A DNA stretch of 64,000 nucleotides from a bacterium (lineage in GTDB: Bacteria; UBA8248). The position numbers were made by a program, and so were the translations under genes. Location of the stretch: assembly GCA_965207065.1 (NCBI GenBank), contig OZ242260.1, forward strand, positions 4,288,001 to 4,352,000, read 5' to 3'. The notes below the pieces were generated by a model. The model was not told the origin of the DNA. It did not search any database and was given only the letters and a program-made list of their open reading frames with translations. This document shows, in pieces, positions 39,847-55,936 of this stretch (the stretch's first letter is position 1; every line of letters starts with the position of its first letter).

Positions 39847-40529
39847 TTGGAAGTACTCCTGCGACCCGCGCCGGGTCGGTTTCCATCACAACGTGCGCAT
39901 CGAACACGTCCGCGCAAATGGGGATTACATCCTGCGCGAGTTCCGGCAGCAGCGGCGAATCCCCCAGGAGTTTTAAGAGGGAAGTCGTGCGTCCGCCCAC
40001 CTCGCCGCAGGGGTGCATCATCTCGAAATATCTCAGATCAGGCGATGCGTTGAACGAAACACCGTGCATCGTCACCCAGCGTCTCGCACCCACGCCCAAG
40101 GCGAGAATTTTCTCACCACCCACCCAAAGACCCGGATTCCCAGGTTTTCTCTCGGCGTGAAACCCTCTCTTCTCGAGGTAGCGCAGAAAGACCTCCTCAA
40201 GCCTTCTACAGTGGAGGTGCACGTCGCGCTCCCTCTCGCGAAGATCGCAAATGGCATAGAGCATCAACTGGCCCGGGCCGTGAAAGGTCACTTCGCCGCC
40301 CCGGTTGATCCGCACGAGAGGAACCTCCGCACCGTCGACGGGCGAACGACTGAGAAGCACGTTCGCCTCGCTCCCCCCCTTGCCCAGCGTCATGACCGGG
40401 TTGTGTTCCAGAAAGAGGAAAACATCCTCCCCGAGGCGGCCCTCGGCGCGCTCGGTCCACAGGCGCTTTTGCAAATCCCAGGCTTCGTTGAAGGCCACCC
40501 TCCCCAGGAAGGCCGCCCTGATGGATGGT

Positions 40530-40555
<26 letters not shown>
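39836..40555 (-). CDS. lipB: Lipoyl(octanoyl) transferase
   Basis: LEHNPVMTLG, RGGEVTFHGPGQ, HGVSFN, PCG. Confidence 0.95.
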
Positions 40556-43961
<3,406 letters not shown>

Positions 43962-44121
43962 TTATATTCCCCGGGGGCGGATTTTGATAGGGGCGTGCTT
44001 TTAATACTGGCCTGCTTATACGGGTGTACCAATTGCAGTGAAGCCCATTCAGTTTACTTCTTTCTGCCTCTCGCCGTCATCTTTTTTCGCTGCAAGGCGA
44101 CGCATTTTCGCTCGCGGCGGA

Positions 44122-44487
44122 TTAGCCGCCGTATCCGAATAGCTGGCTGATGAACCGGCCCGGGATCATGGCGAACCCGCCCGCGATGAAGGCGCCTATC
44201 ATCGTACCCGTCATGAACGCCGCGTGCCTCCGCACGTTTCCCCGCCGTATCGAAACAACCGCTACTATCATGCAGAATATCGTCCAGACCGTCAGCAGGT
44301 GAATCCAGCTGAATTCGCCATGGTTGAGCTCTCGTATCCAGAAGGACGAGACCGTGACGTAGGTCATTGTGGCGAGCCAGCACCAGCCGATGATGCGGTG
44401 CCTGCGCGTTCCCTTCGCGGACGCCAGGTTGACGAGACCGAGCCCAATCGCCAGCACCGCCAGAATGAAATGCGTCCATATCAGCAA
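44122..44487 (-). CDS. DUF2306-like membrane protein
   Basis: KGTRRHRIIG, SWIHLL, RRHAAFM, PGR motifs; four hydrophobic helices. Confidence 0.75.
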   Translation of the reverse strand: MLIWTHFILAVLAIGLGLVNLASAKGTRRHRIIGWCWLATMTYVTVSSFWIRELNHGEFSWIHLLTVWTIFCMIVAVVSIRRGNVRRHAAFMTGTMIGAFIAGGFAMIPGRFISQLFGYGG

Positions 44488-44505
44488 GGATCCGGTCTCC
44501 TGAGC

Positions 44506-45069
44506 CTAGTTGTTGAAATCCTTGAGTACCACCACGTCCTGAACGAGTTTTCCCTTGTAGCTTAATTCCTCGTGCATGTTCGTGTTCAGCGTGACCCTGA
44601 TCTCGAGATTCCCCTTCGGCAGTTGATCCATGAAATAGGAAGCGCCGTACAGTCTCGTCAGCTTCTTGCCGTTCAGGTACAGATGCGCGTGGCCCTCGTT
44701 GATTTTCGAAGTCTTGTTGACCTCATCGGACGCGAAGCGGAAGTTCTCGATGTCCAGAAACAGATTGAGCGCACCCTTGGTGTGGGCGTCTTTCGCCAAG
44801 CGTATCTTAACACTCGGGGGGTTCTTGTAGCCGGCGGGAATGATTTTTACGGAATGCGTCATGCCGCCGCGGCCCTTCTTCATCCCTCTTTCGCCGGCCT
44901 TGTGCATCTGGTGCCCGTGTTCCTTCTGGGCGTGGCCGCTTTGAGCAATGTGCAAGTGAGGATAATTCGCCTCATGGGCATGGGCGCTCGCTCCTGAGAG
45001 AAGCGAAACCAGGAAAAAGATCGGAATTACGTCGAGCGATGTCTTCAATATCCGATACATTTCATTCAA
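44506..45069 (-). CDS. Exported His-rich hypothetical protein
   Basis: Signal-like region, His-rich stretch, EGHAHLYLNG and NTNMH motifs; AGGAG SD. Confidence 0.75.
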   Translation of the reverse strand: MNEMYRILKTSLDVIPIFFLVSLLSGASAHAHEANYPHLHIAQSGHAQKEHGHQMHKAGERGMKKGRGGMTHSVKIIPAGYKNPPSVKIRLAKDAHTKGALNLFLDIENFRFASDEVNKTSKINEGHAHLYLNGKKLTRLYGASYFMDQLPKGNLEIRVTLNTNMHEELSYKGKLVQDVVVLKDFNN

Positions 45070-45257
45070 CTCCTAAAGAGGATTTCAGATGCGGCGGCGG
45101 AATTCACAAAGAAAAACGGGTGAATTTCTTGTAACCCATTGATTCTTAAATCATTAAACCTGAATATACTCTATCTTTTTTTCTTGCTTTTTCATCGAAA
45201 ACATCTAATATTCCGGACATTGTCCCTTTACAGATACTCAATGAAAAGGGAGAAAAA

Positions 45258-46004
45258 ATGTGCAAATTTCTTCTCCTGATTATTATCGTCTTTTTGGCGG
45301 GATGTAAAACATCGTCCGACTTGGTTTCATCCGCCGGGTATTTCGATACGGGCGGCAGAACGACTTATCAAGACAAAGACTGGAACGTCGAATTTTACGA
45401 CAACTGCGACCTGCCGGATTCTTCTTCCGTACGATGGGTGACCGAAGGAAAAGAGACGTTCCTGCGATTTACACTGAAAAACAAACAGGTAGGGGGGTGT
45501 AATACTGACGGTATACACAGGCACGGCGCGCCACACTGGGAGCGGGCGGAGATAAAACAGGCGAGCACTCTGGGGCAGGATGCAGACTATACCTTGACCT
45601 TCAGGGTCCGATTCGTAAAGGGGTTTTCCTACCCAAGAGAAGACTTTTTTCAAATGCACCAATATGTTCAGGGTTGCGATGCCGGCCCTTCCATGATGTT
45701 CAAATTTTCTCATGGTCGTTTGATAACCAACAATTGGGATGAGCGCTTCAAAAGGAATGTCCGCATCAATGAAGTCATCGGGAAATGGATAGACGTAAAG
45801 CTGGAGGTTAAATTCACAGAATCAAAATACAACCTCTATTTCAATGACGAAAAGATATTAGACAAGGCGGTTTTTATTGTGAAGTCATGCGGAGTGCCCC
45901 ATTTCAAATTCGGGATTTACCGGCCCGGCGACGAGAGGGCGACCGGCGAAAGAATTTCCATTGTAGATTTCGATAAAATCAGGCTGACCAAGAAGAAAAA
46001 GTAA
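45258..46004 (+). CDS. Lipoprotein, polysaccharide lyase/heparin lyase I-like beta-sandwich
   Basis: Lipobox LAGC; ERAEIK, FFQMH and HFKFGIYR motifs. Confidence 0.7.
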   Translation: MCKFLLLIIIVFLAGCKTSSDLVSSAGYFDTGGRTTYQDKDWNVEFYDNCDLPDSSSVRWVTEGKETFLRFTLKNKQVGGCNTDGIHRHGAPHWERAEIKQASTLGQDADYTLTFRVRFVKGFSYPREDFFQMHQYVQGCDAGPSMMFKFSHGRLITNNWDERFKRNVRINEVIGKWIDVKLEVKFTESKYNLYFNDEKILDKAVFIVKSCGVPHFKFGIYRPGDERATGERISIVDFDKIRLTKKKK

Positions 46005-46040
46005 TTCCTGCTTAAACCTTTGACTTTCTTGCTTTTCCAC

Positions 46041-47570
46041 TCACTCCCACTCGATCGTGCCCGGCGGCTTGGAGGAGACGTCGTAGACCACGCGGTTCAC
46101 GCCGCGCACCTCGTTGATGATGCGCGATGAGGCCTCTGCCAGCAGATCCCCCGGAAGCCTGGCCCAGTCCGCCGTCATCCCGTCCTGGCTGGTGACGGCC
46201 CTGAGCGCGAGAGCGTTCTCATACGTCCTCGCGTCGCCCATCACGCCCACGGTGTTGACGGGCAGAAGCACGGTGAACGCCTGCCAGACTTTGTAGTAAT
46301 AATCGTGCTTGTGGAGCGTTTCGATGAAAATGGCGTCCGCCTCCTGGAGGGTCTGCACGCGCTTCTCCGTCACCTCGCCCAGGACGCGCACGGCGAGGCC
46401 GGGTCCCGGGAACGGATGCCGCCAGAGCATCTCGCGGGGCAGTCCCAACTCCTCGCCCGCCTCGCGCACCTCGTCCTTGAACAACTCGCGCAAGGGCTCG
46501 ATGAGCGCGAGCCGCATCCACTTGGGCAGCCCGCCCACGTTGTGGTGGCTTTTAATGGTCGCCGAAGGCCCCTTGAAGGAAACGCTCTCGATGACGTCGG
46601 GGTAGAGCGTCCCCTGGGCCAGGAACTTCACGTCGCCCAGCCTATTCGCCTCGCGCTCGAACACGCGGATGAATATCTCGCCGATTCTCTTTCTCTTGGC
46701 TTCGGGGTGCGTGACGCCGCGAAGCGCGCCCAGAAAATCACCGCTCGCGTCCACGTGCACGAGTTTGAGCCTGTCGTCGAATGTCTCCACAACCTGCTCG
46801 GCCTCGTTCATTCTGAGCAGGCCGTTGTCCACGAAGATGCACGTGAGCCTATCGCCTATCGCCTCTTTGACGAGCATCGCCGTGACGGAGGAATCCACGC
46901 CGCCCGAGAGGCCGCACACCACGCGCTTGTCCCCGACTTGCTCCCTGATGCGCTCGACCGCCTCCTCGATGAAGGAGCGCATGGTCCAATCGCCCACACA
47001 ACCGCAAATCCTGTGCACGAAGTTGTGGAGAATCTCCTTGCCGCGCGGTGTGTGCGCCACTTCGGGGTGAAACTGAATGCCGTAGCGACGCCCGTCTTCG
47101 GACATCATCGCCGCCACCGGGGAGCCTTCCGAACGCGCGAGCGGCCGATAGCCGGGCGGCGGCTCTTCTATCGTGTCCCCATGGCTCATCCAGACGGTTT
47201 CGGCGCCCGGGGAGCCGAGAAAGATGCCGACGGGCTCTTCGACCACCACTTCCGCGCGCCCGAATTCTCGTTTGGCGTAAGGGCCGACTTTCCCACCGAG
47301 AAGGTGGGTCATGAGCTGCATGCCGTAACAAATCCCCAGAATGGGGAAGTCGCTCTCGAACAGCGCGGGGTCGACCGAGGGAGAGCCGTTCTCGTACACG
47401 CTGTTCGGCCCGCCCGAGAGGATGACGCCTTTCGTGTGCGGACCCGTAATCTCACGCCAGTCACGGGTGCAAGGCTGAATTTCGCAATAGACGTTCAACT
47501 CCCGCACGCGCCGGGCGATGAGCTGCGTATACTGCGAGCCGAAATCGAGAATGAGTATCTGATCGCGCAT
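46041..47570 (-). CDS. guaA: GMP synthase (glutamine-hydrolysing)
   Basis: [33 protein letters not shown]. Confidence 0.99.
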   Translation of the reverse strand: MRDQILILDFGSQYTQLIARRVRELNVYCEIQPCTRDWREITGPHTKGVILSGGPNSVYENGSPSVDPALFESDFPILGICYGMQLMTHLLGGKVGPYAKREFGRAEVVVEEPVGIFLGSPGAETVWMSHGDTIEEPPPGYRPLARSEGSPVAAMMSEDGRRYGIQFHPEVAHTPRGKEILHNFVHRICGCVGDWTMRSFIEEAVERIREQVGDKRVVCGLSGGVDSSVTAMLVKEAIGDRLTCIFVDNGLLRMNEAEQVVETFDDRLKLVHVDASGDFLGALRGVTHPEAKRKRIGEIFIRVFEREANRLGDVKFLAQGTLYPDVIESVSFKGPSATIKSHHNVGGLPKWMRLALIEPLRELFKDEVREAGEELGLPREMLWRHPFPGPGLAVRVLGEVTEKRVQTLQEADAIFIETLHKHDYYYKVWQAFTVLLPVNTVGVMGDARTYENALALRAVTSQDGMTADWARLPGDLLAEASSRIINEVRGVNRVVYDVSSKPPGTIEWE

Positions 47571-47783
47571 CTACATTTCAGGACAAAGCGATACGAACCG
47601 CCTCTTCCCCTCCACACTCAGGCCAACTTTCAAGCCGGACCATCGGCCGGCATCTCGTGCACCGGTTGAATCGGGACCCCACATCCCTCCATATTCGGCG
47701 CTTTCGTCCTGGCGGGCGAAGCGCTCTTCTGTGCGCACACGCCCATGGCGACGCGAGCGGGCGCCCCATCGGGCTATTTTCTA

Positions 47784-49551
<1,768 letters not shown>

Positions 49552-49584
49552 GAGCTTCACCGCCATCGCGGGCGAAAAATCGGC

Positions 49585-51465
49585 TCAACTCCGCAGAAAG
49601 CGCCTCCTCACCGGGGCCGTGCTCATCACGAGCATGATGGGCCGGCCGTGCGGGCAGGTCCATCGGCCCGGTGTTTTCTCGAGTTCCACGACGAGAGCAG
49701 CCACCTCTTCGGGGCGCATGGCCTGCGCCGCCTTCACCGCGCCCCTGCAACTCATCCTCGTGATGATGCCGTCGATAAGGTCTGCGAAACTCACGGGCTG
49801 CTCGAGATCCGCCAAACCTTCCACGATCTGGCGCACTGCGCCTGCGGGATCACGGTCCGCCAGAAGCGCGGGCACGGCCCGAATCCGGTAATCGCCGGGA
49901 CCCGCGCATTCGAGTTCGAAACCCGAGCGCAGCAGATCGTCGCGATGCGCCTCGATGCTCAGCGCCTCCTCGGGCCTGAGCCGAATCTCCTCGGGCACCA
50001 GGCACGCCTGGCTGTCCACGCGGCCCTCCCTGAACTGGTCGCGGAACCGGTTGTAGAGCACGCGCTCATGCGCTGCGTGCTGATCGACGAGCACAAGCCC
50101 CTGTGGCGAGGCGAACAGCAAGAAGCACTCCTCCCACTGTCCGAGATAGCGGCATTCCGACAGAACGACCGGATCGGACGGATGAGGCGGCTCGAGGGTG
50201 CGTTCGAGCGGCGAGGGAGCCGCCGATTCGGATGGGGAACTCGCCGGCGCAGGCAGGTCGGTATCCGCCGCCTCGGCGTCGGGTGCAAGTGGAGAGGCGG
50301 CGAGGGAGCCTCCTTCCTCAGAGGCGCCGTAATCCCCGGCGGCGTCAGCGTTTCCAAAGTATCCGCCGCCGCCCAACAAGGCGGGCGCGGCTCTCTCCTC
50401 TGCGGCGGCGCCCGGAGCCGCGTGGCTCACTTCCTGATGGGCGAAATCGCGCCGCACTCTCTCGGGCCGCGCGCCCAGCACGGCGGCGACGCTCTCGCGC
50501 ACGAGATCGTAGACGTTCGATGCGAAGCGGAAGCGCACCTCCTGCTTGGCGGGGTGGACGTTCACGTCCACGTCCTCGGGCGGCATGTCCAAAAAGAGGA
50601 TAAAGACGGGGTGGCGCTTTACCGGCATGAAGCTGCGGTAGGCCGCATACGCCGCGTGGACGAAAAGACGATCCCGGATGGGGCGTCCGTTCACGAACAG
50701 ATACTGCGCGTCGCGCGTGGAGCGGTTGAGCCCGGGCGCGCCCGCCCATCCGCTGAACGTCATGTTCTCCGAGGCGGCGCGGGGAATCTTAAGCAGTTGA
50801 GAGGCCGCCGCCTCTCCGACGAGTTGGGCTGCGCGCGCCTGAAGTCCTCCCGAGGCGTCGAGGTCGAGCAGCGTCCTCTTCCCGTGGCGCAGAACGAACG
50901 AGACGTTCGGGTTCGCCATGGCCGCCTGATTCGCCACTTCCAGGCAGCGGGCGAGTTCGGTCTCTCTTCTTTTGAGGAATTTGCGCCTCGCCGGCACGTT
51001 GAAGAACAATGAACGCACCTCGACCCTCGTGCCGGGCGCGGCTCCCATTTCGGTGACGCGCTGGAGCTTGCCGCCCTCTATGCGCACCTCCGTACCCAAG
51101 GCGTCCTCCGACCTTCTGGTGGTGATGGTCATCTTCGACACCGCGGCGACGCTCGGCAGCGCCTCACCCCTGAATCCCAGGGTGGCGACGCGGCCCAAGT
51201 CCCAATCCGAGGCAATCTTGCTCGTCGCGTGGCGCTCGAGACTCAAGAGCGCATCGTCCTCGCTCATGCCGTGGCCGTCGTCGACGACCTGCACGCGCGC
51301 GGCGCCGCCTGATGCCAAGTCGATTTCCACCCGCGAGGCGCCGGCGTCGATGCTGTTCTCCACCAACTCCTTGAGGGCGGAGGCGGGGCGCTGCACAACC
51401 TCGCCCGCGGCAATCTGGTTCGCGAGCGACTCCGGGAGTATGCGGATGCGGGATTGTTTTCTCAT
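49585..51465 (-). CDS. mutL: DNA mismatch repair endonuclease MutL
   Basis: NQIAAGEVV, ENSIDAG, GFRGEAL, DVNVHPAK, DQHAAHER, CPHGRP. Confidence 0.98.
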   Translation of the reverse strand: MRKQSRIRILPESLANQIAAGEVVQRPASALKELVENSIDAGASRVEIDLASGGAARVQVVDDGHGMSEDDALLSLERHATSKIASDWDLGRVATLGFRGEALPSVAAVSKMTITTRRSEDALGTEVRIEGGKLQRVTEMGAAPGTRVEVRSLFFNVPARRKFLKRRETELARCLEVANQAAMANPNVSFVLRHGKRTLLDLDASGGLQARAAQLVGEAAASQLLKIPRAASENMTFSGWAGAPGLNRSTRDAQYLFVNGRPIRDRLFVHAAYAAYRSFMPVKRHPVFILFLDMPPEDVDVNVHPAKQEVRFRFASNVYDLVRESVAAVLGARPERVRRDFAHQEVSHAAPGAAAEERAAPALLGGGGYFGNADAAGDYGASEEGGSLAASPLAPDAEAADTDLPAPASSPSESAAPSPLERTLEPPHPSDPVVLSECRYLGQWEECFLLFASPQGLVLVDQHAAHERVLYNRFRDQFREGRVDSQACLVPEEIRLRPEEALSIEAHRDDLLRSGFELECAGPGDYRIRAVPALLADRDPAGAVRQIVEGLADLEQPVSFADLIDGIITRMSCRGAVKAAQAMRPEEVAALVVELEKTPGRWTCPHGRPIMLVMSTAPVRRRFLRS

Positions 51466-51814
51466 CGGGGTCCTCGTGTACGGGTCTAAAGCATACTTTC
51501 TCCGAAATCGAAAACCATGTCAAGCAATAACCACAACATTTTGTGTCTTTAAGTACATGATTACGCCATATAATGGGATTTTCACTCACTACGATGTTTA
51601 TTAAAATTGTGTGTAATTCGTGTGCATCATGTGGATTGCATGTGATGAACATTTATGTCATATTCGAATTCCCCAAGGTAGTACACTCGCCCTCTTACAA
51701 TACCTGCACTACCAAACACCCGAGTAGTCTCCAGCGCGCTACATCGCCGCCCGGCAACTACGGTTCTGCTCCCCACGAGGGGCGGGTTCTCCGCTGTGAA
51801 TTTGCGACACGGGA

Positions 51815-54784
51815 GTGAACCGGGAAACCGGTCCCAAAGAATTGAGAAAAGCCAAATACCGAACGGTGATGGTGAGAGTGACGAGCGGAGCGGCACCACG
51901 TCTCCGCCTCGTAAGCGTCCGTTCGAATCGGGGAAGACGCATTCGTGCGTGCGTCGCCTTCTTCCTATCATTCCTCCTCGTCGCCTACGGGTTCTATGGC
52001 ACGAACTCCCTGGCGGACCATCATGAAAATCGCGAATTCTGGGACGGAAACCCGGCGAATGGAACAGTGCAGGTGTCGCTCGATGGAGTGAATGCCAGTT
52101 CGTCTATCTCGCTGACTATCGGCCCGGGAGAGACTAAAACCTACTACATCAGGCTATCTAAACAGCCACTTACGACCGACGACTGGTTCGTATTTATCAG
52201 GGTGCGCGCAAACGGCGTATCGCTCAGTAATAATTACTATCCGACGGAAGCCCCAAACAGAAAAGCGGCAAAGATCATCTGGACACCGTCTCTCTACCGG
52301 ACGTTCAACAAGGAGAGCGGCAAGGACCCGGGTAACCCGACTCGATGGAAGGACGTTGTAATTCAGGCGAATGAGAATCTTTCAGAGTCTGTCACCTTAC
52401 ACATCACGCACGAGGTGTGGGAAGATGATAAATTTTGCCCGATACACGAAGTGGGCAGGGTGGCAGTGAACGCCAACCTCAACTCCGGCGGCAACAACAA
52501 TCCCAACAACATCAATCCCGAGACCACAAACACTGACACCACCACAAACACTGACACCACCACAAACACTGACAACAATAATCCCGATAACAATAACCCC
52601 GGCACCAACAACAACCCCATCACCGACAACCCGGGTGTCAACAACCCCGGAACCAATAATGAAGGCAATGGCGGTGGCGGTGGAAGTGGTGGCGGCGGCG
52701 GTGTGGTTCCCAGAAATCCCGCTCAGCAGAACCCGCCGACACCGGTCAGCGCTAAGGTGGACGGGAACAAGCTGGTCCTCACTTTCAACGAGCTTCTTGA
52801 CAGGGGTTCCGTGCCGGCGCCCGGAGATTTCTCGGTGAGCGCGCATGACGTCGAATCTCTCAGCTTGAGCGGCTCGCGCGTGACGTTCAAACTGGAAACC
52901 CCTGCCATGCCAGGCGAGGAAGTGACGCTCTCCTACACGCCCGGGAAAAATCCGATCAAAAGCATAACCGGGCTCGTGGCCCCGTCTTTCACGAATCTGC
53001 CGGTCGAGAACATCGGGAAAGCGCCGGTGCTGGTGGACGCGAGTGTGCGCGGCAATCAGATAACTTTGACTTACGACGAACCACTGGATGAGACTTCCGT
53101 GCCGACGACGGGCTCTTACACGGTGATGGTTGCCGGTGCGAATCGGCCGATTTCCAAAGTGAGGGTCAAAGGCAAGAAGGTATTTCTGACCCTGGAATCG
53201 GCGGTGGAACCCGGCGAGGAAGTAACGCTCAACTACACTCCCGGCAGCCCTCGCATCGTGGACTTGACCGCGATTCCCGCAGGACCCATCAATAATTTAC
53301 AGATAAACAACTCCGCAGAAACGCCTGAGGTTAGTCTCGAGGGGACGAACGACTGGCTTACGCGCTTCGGGCGCACGGTGGCGAGTCAGGCGGTGGAGAT
53401 GATCGAGAACCGGCTGAAAGCCCCCTCCAAGAGGCAGGAGTCAAGTGTAACGCTCGCCGGACAGGACGTGGATTTCTTTGGCGATGATTCTCCGCTTCCG
53501 CTCTCACAGGACGACCCGGAATTCGCTTCCGCTTCCCGCCTCGCAAGCCGCACCCTGGGCTTCGGCGGTCTTTCCGGAAACGACCCCGCGGCGGAGCACC
53601 GCGAGATATCCATGAGCGATCTTCTGCTTGCGAGTTCGTTCCATCTCACCTCGGCGCAGAATACGGAAACCGGCGGGGGAACGTTGTGGACGACCTGGGG
53701 CCGGGGATCGCGGACGAGCTTCTTTGGAGATGAGGACAGTTCCACCTTCAATGGCGATGTGACGACAGGCACGATCGGGGCCGATTTCGAATGGGGCCGC
53801 ACCATGGTGGGCGTCGCGCTCTCTCACACCCTGGGCGAAGGGTACTTCTCGATCGACGGGAGGCGCAACGACGTGGAAGCCCGCCTCACGGGCGTTTATC
53901 CCTACTTGCGCTACACGGTGAGCGAGCGCCTCACAGTCTGGGGCATGTTCGGCTTCGGGAACGGTGAGTACGCGCAGACCGAACAAGGCGTCGGCGAGGA
54001 GATCGAGACCGACATCTCCATGCGGATGGGGGCGTTCGGTTTTCGCAGTTTCCTCTTCCCGCCGGCGCATCCGAGAGGCTACGACCTAGCCGTGAAGGGC
54101 GACGTGATGGTGGTCGAGATAGAGGCGGATGAGGTGCGCGACAAACTGCTCCCGGTGGATACGAACACGAACCGCTTCCGGCTGCTTCTGGAGGGTTCGC
54201 GCCAATACAAACTCGGGCGTGGCGCATCGCTCACGCCCTCGCTGGAGATGGGCGTACGCTACGATAAGGGCGACGCGGAAGAAGGAGGCGGCATCGAGGT
54301 GGGCGGCGGTTTCCGATACTTCGACCCTTCGCTGGACATGGTGATAGACGTAAATGCGCGCGGTCTGCTGCTGCACGAGGAGAGCAGATTCAGCGAAAAA
54401 GGCGTTTCGGGTTCGGTGCAACTTACCTGGGGCACAAAGAAAAAAGGCCTCTCCGTGCGGGTGGGCTCCTCATGGGGAGACGCCGCGAGCGGGGCGGAGC
54501 GTCTCTGGTCGCAGGCCTCCACGGCGAGTCTGTCCTCGAGTGCACACGGTGAAGGCGCACGTATGGAAGCCGAAGTGGGCTACGGGTTGGACGCGCCCGG
54601 CGGCGGCACCTTCAAGCCCTACGCCGGCCTTGCGCTCGCTGCCAGAGGAAGCGAGTCATATCGCCTGGGCGGGCGTCTACAATTCGACGACCGCGTGAGC
54701 CTGAGGCTCGAGGGGGACCGCCGCGAGCGCGTAGGCGGCAAATCCTCTCACGGCCTCGCCCTGCTGGGCTCTATTCGCTGGTAA
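51815..54784 (+). CDS. Autotransporter-like surface protein with two SwmB-like repeats
   Basis: Hydrophobic signal region, N/T/G-rich linker, two repeats (SAKVDGNKLVLTFNELLD / DASVRGNQITLTYDEPLD), WLTRFGRTVA helix, beta-barrel ending in W; start may be ATG 51869. Confidence 0.8.
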   Translation: MNRETGPKELRKAKYRTVMVRVTSGAAPRLRLVSVRSNRGRRIRACVAFFLSFLLVAYGFYGTNSLADHHENREFWDGNPANGTVQVSLDGVNASSSISLTIGPGETKTYYIRLSKQPLTTDDWFVFIRVRANGVSLSNNYYPTEAPNRKAAKIIWTPSLYRTFNKESGKDPGNPTRWKDVVIQANENLSESVTLHITHEVWEDDKFCPIHEVGRVAVNANLNSGGNNNPNNINPETTNTDTTTNTDTTTNTDNNNPDNNNPGTNNNPITDNPGVNNPGTNNEGNGGGGGSGGGGGVVPRNPAQQNPPTPVSAKVDGNKLVLTFNELLDRGSVPAPGDFSVSAHDVESLSLSGSRVTFKLETPAMPGEEVTLSYTPGKNPIKSITGLVAPSFTNLPVENIGKAPVLVDASVRGNQITLTYDEPLDETSVPTTGSYTVMVAGANRPISKVRVKGKKVFLTLESAVEPGEEVTLNYTPGSPRIVDLTAIPAGPINNLQINNSAETPEVSLEGTNDWLTRFGRTVASQAVEMIENRLKAPSKRQESSVTLAGQDVDFFGDDSPLPLSQDDPEFASASRLASRTLGFGGLSGNDPAAEHREISMSDLLLASSFHLTSAQNTETGGGTLWTTWGRGSRTSFFGDEDSSTFNGDVTTGTIGADFEWGRTMVGVALSHTLGEGYFSIDGRRNDVEARLTGVYPYLRYTVSERLTVWGMFGFGNGEYAQTEQGVGEEIETDISMRMGAFGFRSFLFPPAHPRGYDLAVKGDVMVVEIEADEVRDKLLPVDTNTNRFRLLLEGSRQYKLGRGASLTPSLEMGVRYDKGDAEEGGGIEVGGGFRYFDPSLDMVIDVNARGLLLHEESRFSEKGVSGSVQLTWGTKKKGLSVRVGSSWGDAASGAERLWSQASTASLSSSAHGEGARMEAEVGYGLDAPGGGTFKPYAGLALAARGSESYRLGGRLQFDDRVSLRLEGDRRERVGGKSSHGLALLGSIRW
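52523..52574 (+). repeat. 18-bp in-frame tandem repeat (about 3 copies)
   Basis: ACCACAAACACTGACACC repeated, encoding TTNTDT. Confidence 0.9.
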
Positions 54785-55051
54785 AGTATTCCCTATACGA
54801 ACCCCGTCATTCCGGCGCATGTCCCTATTTCCCTATTGACGAGCGAGGACGAGCATCATGTTTTATCCCGTAGGGGCGGACCTGCGGATCTAATTTCTTC
54901 CGCTCCTCGCCTTCCATCACGACAAATTGCGCTAGCGAGGTTGTGTCGCTCTCCCCTCATGCGATATCCCGGATCGGAGCATAATTGCTTGTTTTCGGCG
55001 GTTGCGCGTATACTGCGGGCGTCGGAATTCCACATTCGTGAGGTCAAGATC

Positions 55052-55855
55052 TTGAGCAAAAATAAAAGCGGTTTCGAGCGCGCTGTGGAGGTCATGGCCC
55101 ATCTCAGAGCGCCGGACGGCTGCCCCTGGGACAAGGAGCAGGATCATCAGAGCCTCAAGCCCTACCTCATCGAGGAAGCCTACGAAGTGATGGAGGCCAT
55201 CGAGGCGGACGACCCGGCGATGCTCAAAGAAGAATTGGGCGACCTCCTGCTTCAGGTGCTCTTCCACTGCCGGCTCGCCGAGGAGAAGGGTCTCTTCGAC
55301 GCCCAGGAGACCGCCCGCGCCCTCGCGCAAAAGATGATAGACCGCCACCCCCACGTGTTCGAGGACACGCTTGCCGAGACCAGCGGCGAGGTGCTCAGGA
55401 ACTGGGAGATCAGCAAGAGAAAGGCCCGCGCGGGGGAGGAGAACGGCGCGGCCTCCATTCTCGACGGCGTGCCCGCCGCCATGCCCGCGCTCCAGCGCGC
55501 CCAGAGGCTTCAGGGAAAGGCCTCGCGCGTGGGCTTCGACTGGCCGGACCCGGCCGGAGCGGCGGAGAAGCTGGAAGAAGAATGGACGGAACTCAAAGAG
55601 GCGATGCGAGAAGGTGACCGCGAGGCGCTTGAGGAGGAGATGGGCGATTTTCTCTTCGCCGCCGTGAACCTCTCCCGAAAGCTCGGCGTGAACGCCGAGG
55701 GGGCGGCCCGCACCTGCATCGGGCGCTTCACGGCGCGTTTTCACTACATGGAAAAGACGCTGCGCGCCCGGGGACTCTCGCCCGAGGACGTATCGCTCGA
55801 AGAACTCGAAGCGCTCTGGAGTGAAGCGAAAAAAGCCGGGAAGAGCGAGGGATGA
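55052..55855 (+). CDS. mazG: Nucleoside triphosphate pyrophosphohydrolase
   Basis: GCPWD, EEAYE, EELGDLL, RHPHVF, GFDW; start placed at TTG 55052. Confidence 0.96.
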   Translation: MSKNKSGFERAVEVMAHLRAPDGCPWDKEQDHQSLKPYLIEEAYEVMEAIEADDPAMLKEELGDLLLQVLFHCRLAEEKGLFDAQETARALAQKMIDRHPHVFEDTLAETSGEVLRNWEISKRKARAGEENGAASILDGVPAAMPALQRAQRLQGKASRVGFDWPDPAGAAEKLEEEWTELKEAMREGDREALEEEMGDFLFAAVNLSRKLGVNAEGAARTCIGRFTARFHYMEKTLRARGLSPEDVSLEELEALWSEAKKAGKSEG

Positions 55856-55936
55856 CCTGACTCTCGCCCCGTACCCAGGACACGCGCACCCGATGACGCA
55901 CCGCACCGCCCGCCCGGAAGCCGCCAGGAACTACCG

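Noticed and set aside
54836-55051. Long N-terminal extensions in the ORF track (mazG; also rnhB, dxr, guaB and the sugar dehydrogenase)
   Set aside because: These result from taking the most upstream start codon; family similarity begins at the later starts used here.
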